Below, one piece after another: positions 10,101 through 16,394 of a stretch of DNA of 37,600 nt. The notes below the pieces were generated by a model. That model was not told where the DNA came from and made no database searches. It worked only from the letters and a program-made list of their open reading frames with translations. The translations under genes and the position numbers were made by a program. Numbering within the stretch: position 1 is the first letter of the stretch; every line of letters starts with the position of its first letter. Source of the DNA: Candidatus Nomurabacteria bacterium (lineage in GTDB: Bacteria; Patescibacteriota; WWE3; UBA101185; UBA10185); NCBI GenBank assembly GCA_020631855.1, contig JACKGU010000001.1, forward strand, positions 1 through 37,600, written 5' to 3'.

Positions 10101-10682
10101 GGTTCTTTAAACATAGGCGCTGATTCTGGGCACGGCTCAAATAGTTATTGGGACTGGCTTGTTGCGAAAAAAGTAATAGGATCGGGCCAAAAGTGTTCTT
10201 TTACACTACCGATGCTCATTACTGACGGAATTGGGCCCACGCGAATCACAGATAGCGGCTCAATCCCTGGCAGTTTTTATTGCAGAGGTGACGGCACTAC
10301 CACAGAATCCCCATTGTATGGGTATGCTGTGGACTATTATACAGCCCCGAATTGCGGGTCGGTCTTTGCGCCTCCCATTAACGGCAACTCTGTGACTTGG
10401 AACCTAACCCCGTACCCCACACTTACAGGCGCGGGAGATGCCGTCTTTTTAACTACTACCCAGGGGGGAACTACATACAGATTAACCCTTCTTCATGTAG
10501 TGAATATAGTGTCTGCAACATCTGTTGATACAGGAGATTTTATTGCAGATATGTATAATTGGCAGGTTTCAGGAAGTGACAACTCTCATATACATGTTGA
10601 GTATGCAGAGGTGACTGGAGGGGCAGTAACGGTTATGGCATTAGACGATCCTTCAACCGGGTCTCCGGCGTTTTGCAGGTAA
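7128..10682 (+). CDS. Large bitopic protein: ~900-aa cytoplasmic helical region, one TM, exported Cys/Gly-rich LytM/M23-like domain (putative T4SS cell-wall hydrolase)
   Basis: 1184-aa ORF with no signal peptide. Gly-zipper amphipathic segments occur at aa ~805-865. A clear TM (IIVYLLAIPLLLMFLFAAMINTVF) lies at aa ~910-935. The C-terminal pattern YGYAVDYY..GSVFAPPINGNSV..TYRLTLLHV..VDTGDFIADM..GSDNSHIHVEY parallels M23 peptidases; the HxH motif is kept and the HxxxD motif looks degenerate. Confidence 0.5.
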   Translation: MASSNPFYVGYHPDDKPTQIKPKNILQGADPQKALDSLLNTGLLDQALQDIDVPRYVKEKIKNDFLSSLAVQIKDSSVSAADLALLPPEALQDMQGSFGIKISLNPLDWKDDPVKQLKKTLSSWVKAAYDPDDFRTTTMMKVAQSVYGNSKPYTRTSSGASRRYIISDISDRLADLQHKIDESAISSAALRDSARAGRNREMQAAVAAGDPNPLKIVGYVTKTERKSITVKDASGADVTISADKVSDPYSDVVQSYISFLQSSSSGTSKREGGMDGLISSGVGAILSEIDVDIEGLSLAPGVTDYSDKVRALIDTRFAGQPAAVRDTYVSQILSLHSQQELAKSMYGFNEFLSNANPAKSLGISAALDQYMAVGRSQRQALAADPAFMARFTNYSAEAAKARTALENFKLSPEYLRDPDKYKGIVKSFERNFKQLDSRVAPLVTAFQANPSVNSARALATASKRITAVGLTAPIAGGDHLQRAPLRKLYRQMYEDHLRPQGPGIINSGLLQRSLGLGVLFNEAEKIRNENWAEDVLQLLEGGKLTDTFVWMRVKNTFPYVFPSYWVGRVLDKVQYFGLVIDESSIEKTTTTLFGIRRFYKDLLENSDGGGVLGFLFVNKVKVEATGFFGDIVKLNLTGGAHMNGALAMSKWLISNAGSANISDIDDMVKGMLTNFRFHYLADGSINIANTKSALTDFLLRDPKYKNLLPTLFKDGADLDDFLGKFIVFKQYVDAKLAKYLGISIDMLDQGLGLEFVVFQELHKFNLSNDTRGKLAVKLMGPLQKIALKLNILQTNILNKFPITRLIFGGQNALLGLLLGGTYALKSNVAAFIKSGLAKLFGKFGGGAVSGFFAWLGPLGAMLGKFADKLLTILIRKGLDMLEGLTKAIIHLDISYFTKSYSKFVDNTTKIIVYLLAIPLLLMFLFAAMINTVFNSSTPPTSQAAVGQSTPLTGGCFGSGCGSGTGSTYECGISKTTGNTCIFKDGNYSVMNGSLNIGADSGHGSNSYWDWLVAKKVIGSGQKCSFTLPMLITDGIGPTRITDSGSIPGSFYCRGDGTTTESPLYGYAVDYYTAPNCGSVFAPPINGNSVTWNLTPYPTLTGAGDAVFLTTTQGGTTYRLTLLHVVNIVSATSVDTGDFIADMYNWQVSGSDNSHIHVEYAEVTGGAVTVMALDDPSTGSPAFCR

Positions 10683-10708
10683 GTTAATTTAACAAAAGAA
10701 AGGTTGCT

Positions 10709-11206
10709 ATGATAGAAAAAATAAAGGCTTTTTACTATAGACACAAAATAACGATCTGGGTCGCAGGAGGGGTTGCTACGATTGTTTTTCTCATCATTGT
10801 AGATAATCTAGTAGCAAATCTTTCAACACAAAGACCTAGTGTTGAGCCTGTCTACAATACAAAACAGCAAGATGTAAAAATATTAAAAATATTTCCTCCT
10901 GATGGGGCCAAGGTTTCTTCGCCGAGCAATTTTGAAGTCATCTCAGTCACTCTTTCTGCGCCAATAAAAAAAGGATCCTTGGTTATAAAAATTAATCCTT
11001 ACATAGGATATACAATTTCCTATAGCGACGAAAATCCATCTATCTTGACCATTGTACCCAAAGGCCAGGGCTGGGCTCCCAACGTGACCTATACTATTGA
11101 CTTCTTGCACGCGTTGGACGACTCCGGAAAGAAGGTTTATTTAAACTATCCTTATGTGTTTTTAAACACACCTCCTGATCCCGCAAGCATAGTCTTTCCT
11201 TTTTAA
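10709..11206 (+). CDS. Membrane-anchored Ig-like (SbsA/Big-type) domain protein
   Basis: 165 aa. The N-terminal TM is ITIWVAGGVATIVFLIIV. ILKIFPPDGAKVSSPSNFEVISVTLSAPIKKGSL is typical of bacterial Ig-like domains. The gene is 26 nt downstream of the 1184-aa gene on the same strand. Confidence 0.45.
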   Translation: MIEKIKAFYYRHKITIWVAGGVATIVFLIIVDNLVANLSTQRPSVEPVYNTKQQDVKILKIFPPDGAKVSSPSNFEVISVTLSAPIKKGSLVIKINPYIGYTISYSDENPSILTIVPKGQGWAPNVTYTIDFLHALDDSGKKVYLNYPYVFLNTPPDPASIVFPF

Positions 11207-11337
11207 TCTAAAAATTCCTGACGCAATGTGCGTCGTGTCGTCGTGAGGTTATAGAATACCGCAACCTTTCTTTAAAGAAACTAAAGTTTAAGGTTGTGTA
11301 TGATTCTATTTAGTGCGGTTGAAAAGATCCCAGGCTA

Positions 11338-11814
11338 TTACTGACAGCCCGGGAGCCCTCTTATGATAAGATTGCCGTTTGTATCGGTAAATATTCCGCA
11401 TATTCCGGCAATTACATCGTCAAAAAAATTCATGCTTGCTTGCAGGCCTGTAACATTCATTATAAGGCGTAGTACAACAAACGATCCTATTATCATTAAA
11501 AACCCTATTACAGCCTGAGTTCCCGAGAGATTTGCCCCCATTATGCCTTTCGGATCTCCTTGAGCAGTAATGTACTTATAAGCTGTAATAATAACCATCA
11601 TTGAAAAAACTGCCCCGGATGCGTAAAGAAGTATATAAACGACTCTAATTATTGGGCACATAAGTTGAGTGAACTCCGGCGCATCAACAGAGGTTAGTTG
11701 GTCGCAACCAAGCCCGGCAACCCCTGTTACTGCGTATGTTCTTTGAGGAGCAATCAGCAGCATTGTTAATAGAGAACCAAAAATGACTATTTTTTTAAAA
11801 AGTTGGCGTTGCAT
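11338..11814 (-). CDS. TrbC/VirB2-type T4SS pilin paralogue 3 (with Cys-containing extensions)
   Basis: 158 aa with signal peptide MQRQLFKKIVIFGSLLTMLLIAPQRTYA. Two hydrophobic helices flank the loop ITAQGDPKGIMGA. The ATG (11812-11814) overlaps the end of the upstream pilin gene by 20 nt. Confidence 0.6.
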   Translation of the reverse strand: MQRQLFKKIVIFGSLLTMLLIAPQRTYAVTGVAGLGCDQLTSVDAPEFTQLMCPIIRVVYILLYASGAVFSMMVIITAYKYITAQGDPKGIMGANLSGTQAVIGFLMIIGSFVVLRLIMNVTGLQASMNFFDDVIAGICGIFTDTNGNLIIRGLPGCQ

Positions 11815-12118
11815 TTTGTAGATCTCCTCCTATTCCAACAATATTTAGCAGTATTATTCTTATAAGTAAAACGGCAAAGGTTAGCAAAAGACCTAGCAAA
11901 GAATAATAAAAAGATTTCATTGCGGTCGCGTATTTTTTTGGGTCCGCAAGACTAGTGATAACCCTTATGCCGGAAAATCCAATGAAAATTATTGATAGAG
12001 ATATTCCTACCCCGATCATAACATTCAGTATAAGTCCCAGAACGTCACCTATCGAGTTGAAATTGGATCCGGTTAGTCCCGAGGCACTGCCGTTTATTTT
12101 TTGTAAATAATAAAACAT
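11795..12118 (-). CDS. TrbC/VirB2-type T4SS pilin paralogue 2
   Basis: ATG at 12116-12118; the ORF-track start at 12127 is GTG, 3 codons upstream. Two hydrophobic helices flank the loop ITSLADPKKYATA. Confidence 0.6.
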   Translation of the reverse strand: MFYYLQKINGSASGLTGSNFNSIGDVLGLILNVMIGVGISLSIIFIGFSGIRVITSLADPKKYATAMKSFYYSLLGLLLTFAVLLIRIILLNIVGIGGDLQNATPTF

Positions 12119-12134
12119 ATTTTTCACACACCAA

Positions 12135-12164
12135 CACGGCCCTGCCTTTCTTGGCAGGGCTGTG
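12135..12164 (-). promoter_or_regulatory. Intercistronic 12-bp stem-loop between pilin genes 1 and 2
   Basis: The + strand reads CACGGCCCTGCC-TTTCTT-GGCAGGGCTGTG, with one mismatch. It is GC-rich in an AT-rich spacer. No U-run follows on the transcribed strand. Confidence 0.4.
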
Positions 12165-12188
12165 CCAGTTTAACCCCTAGCTCAAACA

Positions 12189-12554
12189 TTAGAATGGGGT
12201 GATTCCGCTTATACCGCTGTTTGTACCACTTATTCCTACAACATTCTGTGCGATTATCTTTATTGTGATCGCGCCGACTACTATCAAAAATCCTATAAGT
12301 GCGTTTGTAAGAGCCGTTCTAGCAGAGGCCGCTTTTTTTGTATCCCCTTTTGCTGTGATATGTTCTATACCCGCAATGCCCAAGAAGATAACTGTTAGAG
12401 CAATGCCGACTCCTATAACTAAGTTCATGACAACGCCAAATATAGCCGCCAGAGTACCCGCGGTTGCTATTGGTGATCCTGAAAACGGGTCAACGACAGT
12501 AACAGGAACGCTAGTTTGTGCATGAGCTGTCTTTAACATTTTTTCTACTAACAT
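12189..12554 (-). CDS. TrbC/VirB2-type T4SS pilin paralogue 1 (likely major pilin)
   Basis: 121 aa. A strong SD (GGAGGTG) lies ~7 nt upstream of the ATG, and an in-frame TAA directly precedes the ATG. A short leader MLVEKMLKTAHA is followed by two long hydrophobic helices flanking ITAKGDTKKAASA. Confidence 0.7.
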   Translation of the reverse strand: MLVEKMLKTAHAQTSVPVTVVDPFSGSPIATAGTLAAIFGVVMNLVIGVGIALTVIFLGIAGIEHITAKGDTKKAASARTALTNALIGFLIVVGAITIKIIAQNVVGISGTNSGISGITPF

Positions 12555-12609
12555 TTACTGCACCTCCTTTATAAAAAAACCTGAAAAGTAACATTTTACT
12601 AACTGTAAT

Positions 12610-12618
12610 ATTATATCA
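12610..12618 (-). promoter_or_regulatory. Extended -10 promoter candidate (TGaTATAAT) for the pilin operon
   Basis: The reverse complement of 12610-12618 is TGATATAAT, ~50 nt upstream of the pilin-1 ATG. No good -35 was seen. Confidence 0.3.
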
Positions 12619-12864
12619 GATGAACTGGATTGTTAGTATTGTATTTAGAAATCAACTTAATACTTGCAGGATATGTATTATTAACACTTGTTATATATGG
12701 CTTGTGGTATGGTTTGCTGGAGATCGTTTGTGTTACTATATAAGCAGTAAATATTTTTCATAGTTGCCTTTTGCTAAATTACAAAGTTACAAAAAGCAAA
12801 GCAGCTCTGATGGAGTAGTCTTAGCGCTGGTACAGGGGGCACCCTATACAAGACAAAAATTATC

Positions 12865-13605
12865 ATGTCGTTCTTTTTAGCACTGCTTGTTATATTGGTA
12901 ATACTTATAGTCCCTTTTTTAAAAGTTATACCCGAAGGTTATCACGGCGTAGTTCTTTTTTTGGGGAAATATAACAGAACACTTAACCCCGGCTTAAATT
13001 TTGTACTTTTTCCCCTCGAACAAGTTATAAAGGTCGACATAAGAGAGCAGGTTATGGACATTCCTACTCAGGAGGCTATAACCAAAGATAATGTTTCCTG
13101 CATGGTAGATGGGATAGTACGCTTTAAGGTTTTAAATCCTTCGACAGCTATATTTAAAGTTCAAAACTATCAAAGTCAAATATCGGCCAAAGCTCAGACA
13201 GCCCTAAGGGACGTTATAGGCAGCATTACTTTAGACGAGGTACTTACAAAAAGAGCAGAAATCGCAGAACATATAAAGGGTATTGTTGACACGGCAGCCG
13301 AACAGTGGGGTGTGGATATATCGGCAATTGAGATGCAAAATATTGAGATTCCTGCAGATATGAAAAGAGCTATGGCTCAACAAGCCGAGGCCGAAAGGGA
13401 TAAAAAAGCTAGAATCATTAAAGCTCAGGGAGAGAAAGAAGCCGCAGTGCAGTTGGCTGAAGCCGCGCAGGTTTTATCGGGAGCAAAAGGTGCTTTGGAG
13501 CTTCGAACACTGCAAACTCTAAAGGAAATTTCAGCAGATCCTTCTGAGAAGATAATAATGACTATACCCAATTCGTTTTTCGAGGTGTTAAATCCACGAA
13601 AATAG
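12865..13605 (+). CDS. SPFH/Band-7 (stomatin/prohibitin-like) membrane protein
   Basis: 246 aa with an N-terminal TM. The PHB-domain pattern is VIPEGYHGVVLFLGKY...IPTQEAITKDNV. An Ala/Glu-rich helix follows (AMAQQAEAERDKKARIIKAQGEKEAA). Confidence 0.85.
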   Translation: MSFFLALLVILVILIVPFLKVIPEGYHGVVLFLGKYNRTLNPGLNFVLFPLEQVIKVDIREQVMDIPTQEAITKDNVSCMVDGIVRFKVLNPSTAIFKVQNYQSQISAKAQTALRDVIGSITLDEVLTKRAEIAEHIKGIVDTAAEQWGVDISAIEMQNIEIPADMKRAMAQQAEAERDKKARIIKAQGEKEAAVQLAEAAQVLSGAKGALELRTLQTLKEISADPSEKIIMTIPNSFFEVLNPRK

Positions 13606-13612
13606 TTATTAG

Positions 13613-14269
13613 ATGAATAGAGGTAAGATCCAGATAGCTTTTAATTATACCTTCAACGATTTTGCTAAGGTAATTCGCTATATTCCAAAAAACCCAAACA
13701 TTATTTTGGAAGCTGGAACACCGCTAATAAAGTACGAAGGAATAAAAGTTATATCCAAAATGCGCTCGCTGTGGTCAGGAGAGATCTGTGCTGACATGAA
13801 GATAGCCGATGGCGCTCATGAAGAAGTGCTCATGGCCAAACAAGCCGGTGCAACTAGTGTTACTGTTCTGGGCAATTCATCTGTTGAAACTTTAAAAATA
13901 TTTGTCGATAGCTGTACAAAACTGAATATAACCTCAATTGTTGATATGATTTCTAACGAAAAGCCCCTTAAGACTTTGTGGAAAGCGAATGTGGTTCCCG
14001 AAATGGTTTACATCCATCGTGGGAGAGATGAAGAGAATTCTTTTGGGAAAATCTTGCAGTACAAAGACATCTCAATGTTGAAAGGTAAGTGGGATCTTAA
14101 GGCCGGCGCGGCAGGAGGAATGGATAAGAGAGAGCTACAGTCGGCTATTTTTAACAGCGCTGATGTTGTTGTTGTAAACATCGTCCGGCCGTCGGATAGT
14201 TGGAAAGGTATAGTTTTTGATAGCCAGTTCCGAACCAACCTAGAAGATTTCTTGCGCTTTGTAGCATAG
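13613..14269 (+). CDS. OMP-decarboxylase-suprafamily TIM barrel, 3-hexulose-6-phosphate synthase (HPS)-like
   Basis: 218 aa. By-eye alignment to remembered HPS/KGPDC motifs: IQIAF(N), EAGTPLIKYEG, ICADMKIAD (the D-x-K-x-x-D box), AGATSVTVLG, VDMI, IHRGRDEE, AAGGM. Confidence 0.5.
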   Translation: MNRGKIQIAFNYTFNDFAKVIRYIPKNPNIILEAGTPLIKYEGIKVISKMRSLWSGEICADMKIADGAHEEVLMAKQAGATSVTVLGNSSVETLKIFVDSCTKLNITSIVDMISNEKPLKTLWKANVVPEMVYIHRGRDEENSFGKILQYKDISMLKGKWDLKAGAAGGMDKRELQSAIFNSADVVVVNIVRPSDSWKGIVFDSQFRTNLEDFLRFVA

Positions 14270-14359
14270 CGGTAAAGTATTTTAGATAGGGTAGTCTTAG
14301 TTTGCACAACCTCGCCTAACCTTAAGTAGAAACTAAAGAGCCCCCAGACCTATAAATGC

Positions 14360-14365
14360 TATAAT
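14360..14365 (+). promoter_or_regulatory. Consensus -10 TATAAT 7 nt upstream of the ATG at 14373 (possible leaderless mRNA)
   Basis: The sequence gcTATAATagttgatATG has no SD between the hexamer and the start codon. Confidence 0.3.
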
Positions 14366-14372
14366 AGTTGAT

Positions 14373-16151
14373 ATGCAACGTCCTGCCATTCATGCTCGAA
14401 AGTTATTTTTAATATTGTTGCCTTTTTTACTTCTAACTACCGTTTTGTCTTATAGCGCCTTCGCCGACTCCTGCAAAAACATTGAAGATTTAGATGACAG
14501 AGAGAAGTGTTACGCAAAAGAGTACGAATCAACTGAAAAGAAGCTGCAGGATGTACGAGAGCAGAAAGATAGCGTATCAAAAAAGATTAGCGACTTGTCC
14601 TCTGCGCTGACTGTAAAAAATGAAGAAATTGTTGAATTGCAGAATGAAATTGCTGCGATGAACAGCGTGTTGAATCAGATAAACCAGACTTTAGAAGATA
14701 AAAATCTGCAGATGGCAAAAAAAATCGAGTTGCGTAACGGCATGTTGCGTACTTTCGCTAAAAAAGGCAACCTCTCAACCACTGATTTTGAATTAATTTT
14801 TGGTACCGCGGCTGTTTCTGAAAATCTTACCGGGTTTCAATATGCAACGCTTAATTATATTTTTGAAAAATCCTTGAACTCAGATGCTATAAGGACCATT
14901 AAGGTTCTTCAGACCGAGATTCAAAATTTTGAGCGCGATAAAAAAGAGGCAGAAGATTTGAAGCTTGAGCTTGAGTCAGCGCAATCTAATTTGTTGGTTT
15001 TAAAAAATAGCCTTTCATCAGAGAAAGCAAGCGCCGAGGGACAGTACAGCGAGTTAAGCGATAAAGAAAAATCTTACAGTCAGAAACTGTCGGATATTTC
15101 TGCAAAACAACAGGAAATATTAAATTTAAAGGCGGGAGGAGACAACGGGACAGTAGGAGACTATGATTCTCCAAGCTGGAAGGTGCCGGAACCTCCTTTT
15201 AGCCCCGCCTTTGGTGCGTTTAGCTATGGTGCTTACACCCACTATAAAGGCATGAGTCAGTACGGAGCGAAAGGAAGAGCTGAAGCGGGCCAAGATTATA
15301 AAGATATTATTAAGTTTTATTACAAACAAGACGTAAAAGAGAAGGATGATTTTCCAAGCAAAATCTGTGTTCAAGGCTACGGTGATTTAGATTTTCAATA
15401 CTATTTATACGGCTTGGCCGAAATGCCCAGCGATTGGCCGGAAGATGCCCTAAAAGCCCAGGCAATAGCCGCAAGAACCTATGCTTATAGATATTGGAAA
15501 AGCGGGCAGTGTATTTGTACTACGCAAAGCTGCCAAGTATTTTTAAAAAGTAAGGCTGACAACGTTCCGTCTCGCTGGAAAGAGGCCGTTGATGACACAA
15601 AGAAGAAAATTATTGACGGCGATACTACCGCTATGTACGCATCAACCTCCGGAGGTTACGTTGAACCCGGAGGATGGGACACTTCCGGCAGTTGGCCGGG
15701 AGGGGCCTATGAAAAAAAGGCCAAATCTCCTTGGTTTTACTGGGCCTGGTATTCTCAGAATTATAGATTTGATTCTAGTACATGCGGAAGGTCGCATCCA
15801 TGGTTAACCGAGAAAGAAATGGCCGATATACTAAATTCGTGGGTAGTTTGGGACAAAGGCAGCAACAGCGACAGAGATAGAATATCCCCTGTAACAACAG
15901 GTTGTTGGGGAGGAAACCCTTACTCATTAGATCAAATGGCAAGTAAGGCCGATGACTACGGCACCAAGTATAGCAAGATAAATAGCGTAGATGTTACTGT
16001 TGGAAATAACGGTGTGACAACACAAGTTAAATTTAGTACTGACAAAGGCAACGTCACAATCTCCGGTGATGTTTTTAAAACCGTCTTTAATCTTAGAGCT
16101 CCCGGATATATTTCTTTAAGAAGCAGGCTTTATGACCTACAAAGAGAGTAG
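14373..16151 (+). CDS. Secreted SpoIID/LytB-domain peptidoglycan-remodelling protein with N-terminal coiled coil
   Basis: 592 aa with a signal peptide (...LSYSAFA). About 230 aa form a heptad-rich K/E/L/Q coiled coil. SpoIID hallmarks are EDALKAQAIAARTYAYRYW, YASTSGGY and VFNLRAPGYISLRS. Confidence 0.8.
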   Translation: MQRPAIHARKLFLILLPFLLLTTVLSYSAFADSCKNIEDLDDREKCYAKEYESTEKKLQDVREQKDSVSKKISDLSSALTVKNEEIVELQNEIAAMNSVLNQINQTLEDKNLQMAKKIELRNGMLRTFAKKGNLSTTDFELIFGTAAVSENLTGFQYATLNYIFEKSLNSDAIRTIKVLQTEIQNFERDKKEAEDLKLELESAQSNLLVLKNSLSSEKASAEGQYSELSDKEKSYSQKLSDISAKQQEILNLKAGGDNGTVGDYDSPSWKVPEPPFSPAFGAFSYGAYTHYKGMSQYGAKGRAEAGQDYKDIIKFYYKQDVKEKDDFPSKICVQGYGDLDFQYYLYGLAEMPSDWPEDALKAQAIAARTYAYRYWKSGQCICTTQSCQVFLKSKADNVPSRWKEAVDDTKKKIIDGDTTAMYASTSGGYVEPGGWDTSGSWPGGAYEKKAKSPWFYWAWYSQNYRFDSSTCGRSHPWLTEKEMADILNSWVVWDKGSNSDRDRISPVTTGCWGGNPYSLDQMASKADDYGTKYSKINSVDVTVGNNGVTTQVKFSTDKGNVTISGDVFKTVFNLRAPGYISLRSRLYDLQRE

Positions 16152-16394
16152 CATAACTTGAGAAGAGTTTTTTGAACTATAGTTCAGGCTTAGGTCGACA
16201 GGCGCATATGCGTTATTTTTTTTTGCTGTTAGATTAGTGCCGCCAGTGTTACCAGCTGCTGCACGAATTCTAAAGAAGTCCGCGCACACTTAGCAACGGT
16301 ATAGGGGATCTATTGGTACAAAACTTAGAACCTCACATTTATTCTTTGACGTTCTTTACTGCAGACTGGAAGCCTGCTCGTGTCTTAGCGGTTC

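Noticed and set aside
12199-12525. A 108-aa + strand ORF antisense to pilin 1.
   Set aside because: It is a hydrophobic mirror of a hydrophobic gene. The - strand ORF has a strong SD and paralogues.
760-12554. Whether the T4SS locus is an integrated conjugative element or plasmid remnant.
   Set aside because: No integrase, relaxase, coupling protein, replication gene or flanking att/tRNA junction is present in the window. By eye there is no compositional break. This is not formally excluded without the flanking genome.
16173-16226. Whether the palindrome TGAACTATAGTTCA and the GCGCATATGCGT plus T-run act as terminators after the SpoIID-like gene.
   Set aside because: The stems are only 4-5 bp. 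It may be a weak terminator, but it is too marginal to annotate.
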